The translations under genes were made by a program, and so were the position numbers. Below, piece after piece: positions 37,416-51,053 of a stretch of DNA of 64,000 bases. The stretch spans positions 1,844,287 to 1,908,286 of the forward strand of contig JAWQFM010000008.1 in NCBI GenBank assembly GCA_033442325.1. Reading direction: 5' to 3'. The notes beneath the pieces were generated by a model that ran no database searches, was not told the origin of the DNA, and worked only from the letters and a program-made list of their open reading frames with translations. Position 1 is the first letter of the stretch; each line of letters starts with the position of its first letter. The DNA is from Salpingoeca rosetta (taxonomy: Eukaryota; Protista; Choanoflagellata).

Positions 37416-37491
<76 letters not shown>

Positions 37492-37716
37492 TCGCGCATG
37501 CGCATGAGATTACACATGCGTGAGTATTTCGTCTCACCACTGGTGGTCATACCTGCCGCTTTTTTCCCTTCAGGTTCGGTTTGCGCCGTTCAACTGGAAG
37601 TATGACGGGATTGAGGACGATTACAAGGTGAGGGCTTGCACCTTTGTGTTGGTGGACGGGTGCAGAACACGACTCTGCAATTCTGCCTTTGGTGTCGACA
37701 CCCGACGCAACCTCAT

Positions 37717-37788
<72 letters not shown>

Positions 37789-37981
37789 TCACACACACAC
37801 ACACATTCACACACATCCTGCGTGGCTGCAGGTTGCTGGACTTGACACGAGCATCAACAACTGGGACAAAGTCAATGACTTCAAGTGGATCAAACCGCAC
37901 GTGCCATCACCACACTGGTGCACCATCCCCAACGACGACAGACACGACGCGTGGCCAACCATCGCCTCTCTGCCGCACTGA
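35461..37981 (+). CDS. TBCC: Tubulin-specific chaperone C
   Basis: FLPAYDNRSSQ, PKKKFAFK, IGPVSR|SLLIDHCDGC, ACQQLRVH (catalytic Arg motif), FYLHVTSRAIIEDC, VRFAPFN and NNWDKVNDFKW. Confidence 0.95.
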
Positions 37982-38843
37982 CACTCTAATGTGTGTGTGT
38001 GTGTGTCTGTGTGTGTGTGTCTGTGTGTCTGTGTGTCTGTGTCTGTGTCTGTGTCTGTGTCTGTGTGTCTGTGTGTCTGTGTGTGTGTGAGACTGCCTGG
38101 CTGTTTGCCCGGCCCTTTCGCCACTTCCTGCATGCAGGCCATTAACAGATCACGCCAACACATCACTTGTCCCTTGTTCACCACCCTCCCTCTCTCCTCG
38201 GTTGTCTTTGGATAGGACAGTCACTTCAAAGTGGGCATCCACCACATGTGTACGTGTGCCTCAATCCCACTCGCTCTTCAGACAGCCTGGACACGGTTTC
38301 GAGTTAAGCGCGTTTATGGCTTTGGTGTTGATTGGTTGATTGGTTGATTGGTTGATCAGTTAGACGCAGCAAACGCTCGTCATCAAAGCTAAAAGCGAAA
38401 GCAACCATGCATGCAATGCTTTGGAAGCCTTTGGTGCTTGTTACGGTGCTGGCAACACCAGCTAGGGGGAGAGACAATTAAGCGAAAACATCAGCAGCAG
38501 GAAGCCAGCGGGCGGGGGGGGGTTGACAATAACAAAGAGAGATCTTAGTACCAAAGCGCACGACCAAACAATACAGGTCTGCAAGCCACCTCAGGCAAAA
38601 CCACACTAACACAGACGCATGCACGGATGCAAACACGCGCGCGAGAGCGAGATGTGGTGGCTGAGGGGCGCAAGGAGCAAGTAAGAATGGCCAGCATACG
38701 GCAGTGGGCATGCGTGTTCGTGGAAGGAACGAGCGAACGATGAACAAATGAACGATGAACACACATGCACATGCACACGCACACGCACACGCACTCGCAC
38801 ACGCACTCGCACACACTCTCTCTATCTCCGTTTGGCACGTGCA

Positions 38844-39999
38844 TCAGACATCGGCTGAGCGTGTGCGGCGCTTGCAGTGCTGTGACGCCTGGCGCACAAT
38901 CCCTTCGTACTCAACAAGCTGCGTGAGGAAGCACACGTGCGGGGCGGCGAGCGGGCGCAGCGTCTGCACCGTGCGGTAGGCCGAGGTGAGCGAGTACTTG
39001 CGAGTGGAGATCATGTACGCAAGGAGGATGGCGATGGAGCGGGAGAGGCCGTTGCTGCAGTAGATCAGGACGCGGCCGCCACTGCACCGGGCAGACTCAA
39101 TGAACTGAATGACCTGTGGCAGGATGGACAGCAGGTCGTGGCCAGGCCCGTCCATCAATGGCACTTGCATGCACTGCACCATCAGGAACACGTTGCTCGC
39201 GCACGGCTCCTCGCTCACGTTGAGCACATGCGTGATGTTGTGCTCGGCCATAAACTCGCTGCTGTGGCCCTGGCGTGCGTTGCCGACCAAGAGGTAGCTG
39301 AAGATCTTGGAGGCGGGGATGCGCAGCACAGAGTCGTTGATGGAGAGGTCATGCGGCTGGAGCACGCGTTGCAGGCGCGGTGCGCGCGGGTGCGTGTCCT
39401 CCTCGTGCTGCGAGACAACCAAGTCACCGTCCACCAGGCGACGGAAGGCCTTGAAGCCGCCACGCAGCAGCATGGGCTGCAGCCCCTCTGCCCGCAGCAT
39501 GTTGTGCAGCATGCTCACGGCGTTGTCATCTCCCATGGAGTACGAGCAGTCTTCGTCGTAGATGACCGTGAGCACGTTTGCGTCGTGGCGCTTCGACAGC
39601 GCTTCCGTCTGTGCATCTGGAAGGTCTGTGATGGTGATGGTGCCTGCCTTGCGCTTGAGGCGCTTCAGCATGAGCCGCGAGAACCACACGGGAGTGGCGC
39701 CGCGGATGTGCGAGAGGTTGAAGTCGAGCGTGGCGCGACAGTCCAGCAGCAGCACGTGCTCCGGCTGGAAGGCAAGCAGGTGCGCCAGCGTGTCTGGGTT
39801 GATGTACTCTGCGCCGTCTGGCTGGTCACGAGGGCACGGCTGGAGATGGTGCGGGGTTCGTGGTGGCGCCTCTGTGCCCATATCGTCCGCAGCGGTGTTG
39901 TTGTTGCTGCTGCTGTTGTTGTCCTCCAACTCGCCAGAGGAGCGAGTTGAAAACGGGCTTGGAAACGACGGGTGTGGCTCCATGTGCTGCATGTTGTTG

Positions 40000-40031
<32 letters not shown>

Positions 40032-40901
40032 GGTGGTGGTAGTGTTGAAGTTTGGCGTTGGCATGAAGCCTTGGTCCTCGTGGTGGGAATCGAGCCCGCT
40101 GTCGAGACGCGTGAACATGCTGCCGTGGGCCTGTTGCTGCTGCTGCTGCTGCTGCTTGCATGCAAGCATTTGTGCGCTGTGAAAATCAGGCTGCTGCTGC
40201 TGCTGGTCGTGTTGTGCCATGTGCAGGTGGTGCTGCAGCATGAGCTGCTCCTGGCGCTGCTGATCGTAGCCGTGCGCAAGCATTGTGTCGCTGTGGTGGC
40301 GCGGGAGCTGGCGCTGATGCATGCTGGGCCCGTGTTGGTGATCGGTGTCCATCATGTTGCTTGCATGCATGGAAGCATGCGCAAAGCCGGTGCTGTTGCT
40401 TGCGTACTGCATGTGCCGCGTGCGGTGGCCTGCGACGGTGAATGGCCGCTGCTGGTGCTGCTGTTGCTGTTGAGGGCGGGGTGATACCAGCTCATCATCA
40501 AGAGGCATGTCCTCGGGGATATCAGGCAGCATGCTCTGGCTGAAGCGGTGGCGTGATTGGCCGTGGTAGAGCACGGCGTTGGCGGAGGTGGAGCCTGGCA
40601 TGCCGTGTGCAAGCATGTCGTGTGCCACCTCATCGTTCACGGCACCGCTGGTGTTGTTGAAGTGGCTGTGGTTGGCGTACGCGTGCAACGCGTCGTTTGC
40701 CTGGTCCATCATTGTGCTGGTGGCGATGGGCTGCTGTGCATGGTGGTGGAGGTGCGGCAGCTGGCTCGGCGGGCATGCAATGGGGCCGATGCCGTGATGC
40801 GGGTGGTGCTGGGCGTCATGCGTGTTGCCTGCGTATGAGAGGGCGTCCATGGTGGCCTGTGGTGCTGCTGGCGGCGGCGGCGGTGTGCGGGCGCGGCTCA
40901 T
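38844..40901 (-). CDS. MAP kinase phosphatase (rhodanese/CH2 + dual-specificity phosphatase), intronless CDS
   Basis: Rhodanese domain LLLDCRATLDFNLSHIRGA with basic KIM LMLKRLKRK and LLRGGFKAF. Phosphatase domain ITHVLNVS, VLIYCSNGLSRSIAILLAYMI and PHVCFLTQL. H/Q-rich N-terminus. Confidence 0.9.
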
Positions 40902-43582
40902 GCGGTGATGGAAGCGGAGGTGTTTGGGTGGGGAGACGGGATGGCGGAGAAATGAAGGTGGAGGGAGGGAGAGAAAGAAAGAAAGAAAGAAAGAAAGAAG
41001 AACGGGGAGAGCAGAGATGAAAGGGAGGGAGCGAGAGAGCTGGATGGATGAAAGAGGGCCGAAGCAACGAGGAGAGGCACTCCGCAATCAGAATCAGAGA
41101 AGAAGAATCAGAGAAGGGTCAAGGGAGGGGGGAATGGGCGTGCGGCAGAACGTTGGTGCTGTGATGTGATGATGGAGAACCGTAATCAAAGGCGGTGTCA
41201 AAGCAACACAAGCCAGCGAACGCAACGGCAAGTCTCGTTGGAAGAACGAGGCAGTCGATTGGGGCAGGAAGAGAAGGCAAGAAGAAGGGGACTGGAAGGA
41301 AGGAGGTTGTCGTTGGTGGCTTGTTGTGTTGTGTTGTGTTGTGGTGTTGTGGTGTGTTGTGGTGTGGTGATGTGATGTTGTGCCGTTGATAAAGAGATGA
41401 AACGGGTTAGCACAACGCCAGGGGGGAGGAAGGCACAACAGCTACAGCCACCAAGATGAAGCAAGTCGCGCGGGTGCGGTGATTCAAACACGCTCAAAGA
41501 GAAAGTCAACGGGAAGCGGGTGGTTCAAACGAAACACGTAGCGGTGAAAGAAGAACAGATACTTCAAGGGAAGACGAGAGGGATATCGGCTGGTGTTTGG
41601 TTTGAAAGCGCAGCGCAAACGAAGTGGGCGGAGGAGATGTGCTGTTGCTGTTGCCGTTGCTGTTGCGGTCGATGATGATGGTGGGAAGGGTGGGAGCAAT
41701 AAATGAAGGCTGATGATGTGTTGCTTCGCGTGTGTAGGGTTTGGTGCGCGTGTGTTAAACACTTGGGTTGCAGGGAGCTTGCGTTGCTGTGGAGGACGCA
41801 ACACGGGAGCAGGGGAAGCCGCGAGTGTGTGTGTAAGGTGCAGTAGTTGTTGCACGCCAGAAACTGGATGGATGCAGTTTCGCAGAAACGACGCGACGCA
41901 AGTGATGATGGGAGAGTGCGCGTGAGGACGCAAGAAGCCGGCGTTTGGCGTTGGTGGTGGTGTCTGTGGCGGTGGGCGCGTGTAGCTCTTAGTTGCTGCG
42001 GTTGGATGATGAGATCTTGCGGCAATTGGTTTCGGGGGAAGTGGGGAGAAGGGGTAGGTTACAATCGTGCAGAAAGGACGAAGCAGAACGTGGGCGGGCG
42101 CTTGTTGCGTGTGTGTTGAGATTTGATTCTTGGGGCCAAAGGTCTCCCGACGATGGCACACGGCTCAAGATGGGTTGGTTGGTTGGTTGCGTGGGTTGGC
42201 ACGTTGCGTAGGTTTGCTTGTGGGCTGGTTGGTTCTGTGGGTGCTTGGGTACTCCTGACTGCCAGCAGATTGGTCGGGTGGGTCGGTGGTTGGCGAACCG
42301 CAAAGGTAGATGCTGCTGAGACGTTGGGGGCGGCGGGGATGGCAGCGTGTGCAAGGTCGCACGCGAACGAGCTAAGCACGGTAAGTGACGAGATGGCAGT
42401 GGGTAAGGTGGGATGCAGCGGTGCGACGCGCAATGGAAAAAATGACACCCGTGCGTGAGAGTCATGATTGCACCGCGTTCAGTCGCAACGAAACCCTTCT
42501 TTCTCTCATGCACGCACACACACGCACGCACACGACTCACGATTCACGACGCGAAACAGCAGCACAGCTGAGCCTTTTTCCTTCGCTGCTTGGCTCCCAA
42601 AACCAAGCGAGCGCGTGCACGCAGTGTTTGTGTGCGTGCGTGCGTGCAGTGGTGTGTGGTGTTGCCGCCACTTTGTTGTTGTTTTCTCGTGGGAATCCAC
42701 TAACGAACAGACACCAGGCCAGCGGTTGATTGAGGGCGCGGTTTTTCAAGCAAGAGTACGCGACAGTTGCGGAAGCGAACGCAACAAAGCGCAAAAGGCC
42801 ACAGCCGCCACAAACGCACAAAAGGGTTGGGTCCTTCTTATACATATTCGGTGATTTGAAACCAACGACACAACGGAAATCAACACACACAACAACCACC
42901 CACACGTGCGCGCGTGTGGTTGCCTTGCGCTTTGGGGTTTGTGAGCCTCGCACTTTCTGCACGTTGTCCCGGTTGCCGTGTTGCGTGCAAACTTTGAAAA
43001 CAGGCAAAGGAATGTGCAATGAGGCAAAGAGGCAAAGAGGCAAAGTGCAGGCGGGTTGGGGGTTGTGTGGGGTTGTGTGGCGTGGCTGTGACGTGTGTGG
43101 GAAGCCACCATCAAGGCACGGCTTAGGCCTTTGTGCGCACGTGGTTGCGCGCCTCGAGGGAAAGGGAAGCTGACCAAAGAAACCCCATCACATCATCTTT
43201 GTTGGTCCGTCAGTGGGAACGCGGTTCACGTCACATCACTTACAGTGGCGTTCAGGGAGACGCCCAAAAGTCGCGAAAGTCGAAGCGTACCGAATTCGTG
43301 CGAACGTTTGGTCGCGTATGGTAGGTTGCTGTGGGGCAACGCCGGTTGCGTGGAAGTTGGGTCTTTCGAGAAAAGCTTGATTGCACGCGCCTGAAAATGT
43401 CGGTTGCTCAGGTTCAAGAATATCATCTGGTGTTTTGGAGAAAACACGTGTTTCAAGCCGTTTTTCAAAACGGTGGCGAACGCCAAATGACAGGTGCCCA
43501 AATAAGGACATGCATTTGAATCTCGCGCGGCAGGATGATTCGTACTGTGGAGCACTGGCCGCCAGCCATTTGAAGCTGCTGC

Positions 43583-43780
43583 TTGTTGTTGTTGTTGTTG
43601 TTGTTTAAGTTGTTGTTGTTGTTGCTGTTGTTTAAGTTGTTGTTGTTGTTGCTGTTTAAGTTGTTGTTGTTTAAGTTGTTGTTGTTGCTGTTTAAGTTGT
43701 TGTTGTTTAAGTTGTTGTTGTTGTTGTTTAAGTTGTTGTTGTTGTTTAAGTTGTTGTTGTTTAAGTTGTTGTTGTTTAAG

Positions 43781-43812
<32 letters not shown>

Positions 43813-43813
43813 G
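43583..43813. repeat. (TTG)n with periodic TTTAAG interruptions
   Basis: Directly visible; the same variant occurs at ~24978-25020. Confidence 0.9.
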
Positions 43814-44197
43814 CGGCAGCAGTGGTCCCTTCCTCCTCCACCTCCCTTCCTCCTCCTTCTTCTTCACCGCTTTCTTGTTCTTCTTCGTCTCGGCGCCTCT
43901 CCCACCTCAATTCTGCGCCTGCCCCGTTTTCTTCGTCAGCGTGCGATGTATGAAACACAGGGACTACTAGCTAAGAGATGAACACACACGCGCAGTGGGA
44001 GATCGGAGTATGCACAGCGCAGATATGGACAAATGCGAACAGGCCAAAAAAACAAACAAAAAAAAGTTTGTTGTTGTTGTTGGGAAGGCGGAAATATCAA
44101 GCCAAGAGCGAATTGCAACCCAGATGTAACAAAGAAAGAGAGAAGGGGGAGGAGGAGAAGAGTCAAAGCGGGGGGGGGGGAAGGGATAACACACATC

Positions 44198-44272
<75 letters not shown>

Positions 44273-44363
44273 AAGCAAAGCAAAATTATGCTCCTCCCTC
44301 ACGCCCCTCCCCCCAAACAAAAAAAAAAAAAAAAAAAGGTCAGCCGCTTCATTCACGACTGCT

Positions 44364-45177
44364 TCAGGGCGAGAGCACCGTGGGCGCGTTGTTCAAGGAC
44401 AGGTCGCGCCAGCTGCGTCCAAGCGACAGCCGCATGGGCTGGTGCGGGCGAATCCCATAGTGGCCAGCAGCCACGGCAGGCGAAGCCAACATGCCCGCGT
44501 CGGCATACTGCTGCTGGTTCGGCTGGTGGTGGTGGCCGTATGTGCGGCGGTGCGCTGTTGCTGTTGCTGCGCGCCTGCCAACCCGCAACGACGATGCCGA
44601 CGATGACGATGCCAGCGCATCCACCTCCCGCCGCACATTCGTCAGGAAGCGCCTGTGCTCCTCCACAAAGTCGCGGTCGGCCTCGTGCGCGCGGCGAGTG
44701 AGCGCAGGCCCCGCCCTTGCCCGGACCGCCGCAGGTGCAGCCGGCCGCCCCGCGCGCGGTGCAAACGTGGACGACGCCATCAACGGATCTGCATATGCCA
44801 CGGACGCCGAAGGACTGGCATTGCTGCTGTACACGGACTGCAGGAGGTCCGGCCGGCGCGGAGGAGCAGATGTGTATCTCACTGCCGCTGGCGCCGATGG
44901 CGCTGAGGATGCTGGGTTCACCACGCAGGGACGCATGCACATGCGCACAGCAGCAGCGGGTGCTGCATTGGTGGCGGGGACGGAAGATGTGGTCGTGGGA
45001 AAGCTGGTGGAGTACGCTTGCGTCTGCAAGGCAAGCAGGTCATCGCTGGCGAGAACTCGCATCCTTCGAATCCAGCANNNNNNNNNNNNNNNNNNNNNNN
45101 NNNNNNNNNNNNNNNNNNNNNNNNNNNNNNNNNNNNNNNNNNNNNNNNNNNNNNNNNNNNNNNNNNNNNNNNNNNNN

Positions 45178-45238
<61 letters not shown>

Positions 45239-46543
45239 TGCACACGCACACACGCATGCACACACCACAACGCACCTTGACGCGTTCGAGGACCTGGTCG
45301 CTTGGAAGCGCGTCGAGCGTGTCGCGTGCAAGCATCGACTCTGCCATGTCCACCTGCCGCCGCTGCGCCTCCAATTGATCATTCTGTGATCGCAGGAACC
45401 GTCGCGCTCGCTCCAACTCCGCATCTTCCATCGTTGACGACGCAACAGGCGGTGGTTGGTGCTGCTGTTGCTGTTGTTGTTGTTGTGGCTCCTCTGTCGC
45501 GTGCATGCGCCCGCTGCCACTTGCGCCAAACGCGTACTGTGGCGGCTGCTGTTGCTGCCTTTGCAAGTTGTCGCGTTCTTCGTTCAACTTTGCCTGCTGT
45601 TGATCGAGCTCTTTCTTCCGCTCCTCCAGCGCCTCCCTCTGCTGCTGCAGGTCTCGCTCTTGCTCCTCCTTCGTTTCCTCCAATGTCTCCTTCTCGGCCC
45701 TCAAGTCCTCCAACTCCGCCCTCACCGCAGCCACCTGCTCCTCCACGTTCTTCAGCGCCTCGCGTTGCGCCAACAGCGTGTCATACTCTGCACGCGCCCC
45801 CTCTAGCTGTTCCTCCAGTTTCGAAACCTCTGCCCGCCGCGCCGCTGCTGCTTCCTCTGCCTCCTGTGCCTCCGCGCGCTTACTCTGCGCTGTTGTCTCT
45901 GCTGTGGCCACCGCCTGCCTCAGCTCCTCTTCCTCTTTGCGGAGCACATTGCACGTCTGCGTCGCCTTCTCCACATCGGCCTGTGCGGCGGCAGCTTCCG
46001 ACTGGGCCGTGTCTCTCGCCGCCTTTGCGTCTGCCACCTCGCCCTCCAGGGATTTCAGCTCATTGCGCAATGCATCGAGCGACGCGCGAATCTCCTGCTG
46101 CTCGCGTTCTGCCGCTTCCCGCTCCAATTTCGTCTTTTCAAGACTCTTCTCCAGCTCGCCAGTCTGATGAGAAGAGCGACATAAGTTCGGGTGATTTTGG
46201 GGGGGGGGGAAGTGAAGGAGGGGGTGGGTGGAAGACCATGTGTTGTCGGTGGTGGGTCGGGAGACTACATGCAGGGCAAATGCACCCACGGCACAACACA
46301 TCAACACCACGTGCATACATGACGAACGACACACACACATGCACAGATACACGTGCAGACACACGTACAGACACACACACATGCACAGACACATGAACAG
46401 ACACACACCTCGTCCTCCAGCTGCTGTTTGAGCGCTGGCAGTTTCTCGCGGAGTTCGCGCTCTTGTTCGTCGCACGCGTCCTGAAGCGATTGGATCTCAG
46501 CATGCAACTCAGCCAGCTTCTTCTCCCCAGCTTCCTTCACCTG

Positions 46544-46577
<34 letters not shown>

Positions 46578-48114
46578 GTGTGTGTGCGTGTGCGTGCGTG
46601 CGTGCGCGCATGTGCGAACATGTGTGAGAGCATGAGGGCATGGGGCATGTGTGTGGGGCCTGATGGGTTGCCAATAACCCCTCCCCCCGGGCCAAACAAA
46701 CGCACAACAACGTCAGAACCAACAACCACACAAGCATGGTCGCGCCGCCGTGTTGCCGCACCTCCTTCTCTGTTTCCTCCAGCTCTGCCTTGGACTTCTT
46801 CTCCTTCTCCTGCAGCTGCTTGCTGTGGTCGGCTGCCAGTTTGCTCATCGCGGCCTTGTGGTCCTTCTCCTTCTTCTCAACCTCCGCCTCCATCTCTTTC
46901 TCGGCGGCTGCACGTTTTTCCTTCAGCTCCTGCCACAGACGACAACGCGCAGAACATGTGAGATTGTGGCGTGTTGTTGCATCATTGCGTGAGAGCGCGT
47001 TGTGTTGGTGTGTGTTGTGAGCGTGCGTTGTGTTGGCGTGAGTGTTCGTGACTGATGACACGTTATTCCACCTTGCCAAGAATGCACGCGTGTACGCATG
47101 AGGGTGTTTGTGCAGAGAGACTCGCAAACAGAAACAAAAAGTGCACGCACACACACGGGAATCAGACCTTTTCGATGCTGTCATTCTCTTCTCTCAATCG
47201 CTTTTCCCGCAACTCCCGCATCTCCTACGTCACACACACACACACACACATGCAAGTGTGGACGAGGTGAGCACGTGAACATGTACGTCACGGGCGTAGC
47301 GCATCCAAAAGGACAAAGGCTACACAATCGTGTGCACACACCATTGCACCCAAGGTGCCACTGCACCACCATCATCAGCATCAACGCCACGGCCACACCT
47401 TTTCCAACGCGTCCTGCTTCTCCTTGCGCAGAGCAGAAATCTCGTCGTCAATGTTCGTCTTGGCCTTCGCCGCCGCCTCCGCTTCTGTGCGGGCGCGAGT
47501 GAGCGAGTGAGAATGTGAGCGTGTGAGTATATGCGAGTATGTATGTGTGTGTGTGTGCGTGAGTGAGCGAGCGAGAATGTATGTGTGTGTGTGTGTGTGA
47601 GTGAGTGAGAATGTATGTGTGTGTGTGTGTGAGTGAGAATGTGTGTGTGAGTGTGTGTGTGTGTGCATGCGTGTGCGTGTGGACAAGTTCTTATGTATGC
47701 AGGAAGGTGTGTACCTTGGGTGATTTGTTCCTTCTCCTTGCTGTGCTCCTCTTTGAGTTTCGCAACAGCGGCCTCGTGATCGCGCTTCAACGCAGCAATC
47801 TCCTTCGAGTGTTTGTCCTTGATAGTCTGTGTTTCTGCTTGAAGGTCCTTCTTCAGCTTGGCAATAGCCTCCTCCTGTCAAGGTCCGAGGCATGGACGTG
47901 GCACCATCAACAATCGCGCGTCAGCACCAGTTGAAATGCGTGGAAGGGTGTGACAGGCGGGGTTGCGTGAGACCTTGCACACGCACGCGTGCGAGAATAA
48001 ACATCACATCACACTACCACGACACGGCCGGCACAAAACACGCGGCAACAAACAAACACACACACACACACATACACACATACACATACGCACACACACA
48101 CATACGCACACACA

Positions 48115-48158
<44 letters not shown>

Positions 48159-49115
48159 GAAGTGTAATCGCGCCCCAAGCATGCTCCCTTCCCGTTTCCT
48201 CTCTCTGTTGCGCCGTGCGCACCTGTTCCTTTGCGTGGGAAGCCTTGAGCTCGGCCAGCTGTGCGGTCGTGCTGCGTCTTCGCGTCCTCCACAGCCGCGC
48301 TGTGCTGCTGCTTCAGACTTGCCATATCCTTCTCGTGCGCGGCCTTTGCTGCCGTTACTTGTGATCGCATGTCCTCCTCGTCCGCTTTGAGTGTTCGCCG
48401 GAGCGACGCTGCTGCCGTCTCGTGCTCGTCACGCAGCCTGGTCATCGCCAACTCGTGCTCCTTGCTGCACACACACACATAAACACACATAAACACACAT
48501 AAACACACGCAAAACACAAAGGGCGGGGCGTACCAAGCCCAAGTCGAGTCAGTGCATACAAAGCAGTCCGCACTCGCAATACATGCACGTGGAAGCACAC
48601 CCCACCGTGGATGCACGATATGCACGACCGCGTACAACAAGCACACAAATCAACCAAACACACACGCACACACACACACACACCCAAACACACACACACA
48701 CACACTGTCTTTCCCCCGCACTCTCTCGCACACATTCACACACACACAGCAGATCGTGTGCTCACATGAGGGCGGCCTCCTCCTCGCGGTGCTTCTGCTT
48801 CAGCACTCCCGTATCTGTATCTGCTGCTGCTGTCTCTTGCAACGGCTCCAGGCGCCGGTCTCGCCGCCTGCCGTCCACGTCATGTGTCATGTGAGCACGG
48901 CAAAGGACAGCGATGGTGACGGTGCGGGGTATTGGTTGGTGTGGTGGTAATTAAGCAGGAGAGAACCCACCTGACACAACCGCACAAACAGCCCCCCCCC
49001 CACACATATTCTCACAAACAACCCCCCACACACACATATTCTCCCAAACAACCCCCCACACAGACATATACATATATTCTCTCACATACTCTCACATCTA
49101 AACACACGCACATCT

Positions 49116-49153
<38 letters not shown>

Positions 49154-49726
49154 AGACACACACACACACAGACACACNNNNNNNNNNNNNNNNNNNNNNN
49201 NNNNNNNNNNNNNNNNNNNNNNNNNNNNNNNNNNNNNNNNNNNNNNNNNNNNNNNNNNNNNNNNNNNNNNNNNNNNNCGGCGAGTATGGGCAGGAACGAG
49301 CGTGTGAAGGGCATATGTGAGCGAGCGAACAACTGCGCGCGCCTGTGTGTGCGTGCAACGCGGCGTACATCTTGTGTGTGTTTCGTGCAAGCTGCGTGCA
49401 GAAACACCTTCCACTCCTCCAATTTCCCTTGTCCGCACCAGTGCTGCGCGCGTGTGGTCGTCGCCCGAATCTGAGAGTTCTGGCTCGTCGTCTGTTTGGT
49501 CCGCCAGGAAGTCGTCTAGGGATGTCATGTCCCAAGATGGCGCATTGCGTGACACAATGAGTGATGGGCGAAGGGAATTCGCAAACCATGCGCACGTGGT
49601 GCACACTGCTCAACTGTTGCCATGCGCGAAACCGCACACGCACACACATGAACACACACACATGAACACACATATGAACACATACACACACATGAACACA
49701 CATATGAACACACACACACACACACG

Positions 49727-49759
<33 letters not shown>

Positions 49760-51053
49760 ACACACACACACATGAACACACATACCCATATCCATGACGT
49801 TGCCCAGGGCGGTGGTTTGCTCTTGCTTGGCGGGCGCTGCGCTGCCCTTTGCCTGCTTCTCAGCCTTCTTCTTCTGGTACAACTGCATCGTGTGTGCGTG
49901 TGTGTGCGTTCATTTGTAACGGTGTTGTGCGATAGTGAGTATTTGCGGCCGAGATGGCAACGGAACGGAGACACAACGCGCCGCAGCAGCCAAATCTTGT
50001 CTCGTGTGCACGTTCGTGCTTTCGTCAAACACACACTCCAAACACAGACCTCCTTAAAGTCGTTATCGCACGGGTGGTCCCACTTGCTCTCGCCGGAGTC
50101 AAAGTTGAAAAAGTAAATTTCACCGGTGCCTTTGTCTTGGCTGCATGCGAAAGACAAGTGCATCGCACACAGTGTGAGGAGGCAATAGTGCACATGGCGC
50201 GCATAGGCAGCACAGAGACGCGCAAGACACGCACCACAAATGAACGCACTGCTTCAGCGTGTCATTGTCACACACACACACATACAGATGCTCATGCAGC
50301 CATGGGCACAGACATACACACGCACATGCAGAGGGACCCAACGATGCACAGACATACACAACAACGGACACAGACACATCCCGATGCGCAGGCATACAAG
50401 AACACACACTCAGCAACACACACACAGACATGCACCTACACACAGAGCACAGAGCACGAAGCAAAGAGCACAGAGCACAGTACAGCGTGCAGCATGTCTG
50501 GACTGGAGCCAACGCACCAAGCCTTCCAGTTCTTTGGCAGCGGTGCTTTCAATGCATCGCGAGCAATGTACAAGAGGTCAGGGTCCTCCGCCGGATCCAT
50601 CTCCAACACTTCCTTTGCGTACGCCTCAATCTCTGCCAATCACCACCACAAACACGTGCACACCTTTGTGTGAGGCACACACGTGACAGCTGATGCTAGA
50701 CATACACCACCACACCACGGACTGGCATAGTGTTTGACGTGACACATCACAAACGCGTACGTTGCGCACGCACGCATGTGTTTGCACATGTCGTTTGTAC
50801 ACTTCAAACACCCCAACACACTCGACACCCATCCACTCACATCTCACACACACATACACACACATACACATACATACACTCACACAGCCTCACAGCTGTA
50901 CCCACAGCAACACCCACCCAAAACACACACACACACACACACTGCACACGAGAGCCTACCGTCCTGTGTTGGCTCGTAGTCCGTGGCAGCGTCATCGGAG
51001 AGCACAAGCTGGTCTCCAAAATCACCACCACCGCCATCGCCACTGGTATCCAT
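44364..51053 (-). CDS. CEP164: Centriolar distal appendage protein CEP164 (WW + coiled coils)
   Basis: GDQLVLSDD...YEPTQD|[14 protein letters not shown]...[20 protein letters not shown]|[25 protein letters not shown] matches the CEP164 N-terminus. Long coiled-coil exons follow, then C-terminal [13 protein letters not shown]. Interrupted by two 100-N gaps, so continuity across them is assumed. Confidence 0.88.
45078..45177. other. Assembly gap (100 N)
   Basis: N run. Confidence 0.99.
49178..49277. other. Assembly gap (100 N)
   Basis: N run. Confidence 0.99.

Noticed and set aside
38937-39950. 337-aa plus-strand ORF
   Set aside because: Antisense shadow of the phosphatase CDS.
43226-43867. 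Poly-Q/LK ORF upstream of the phosphatase
   Set aside because: Derived from the TTG/TTTAAG repeat; no domain and no convincing splice support.
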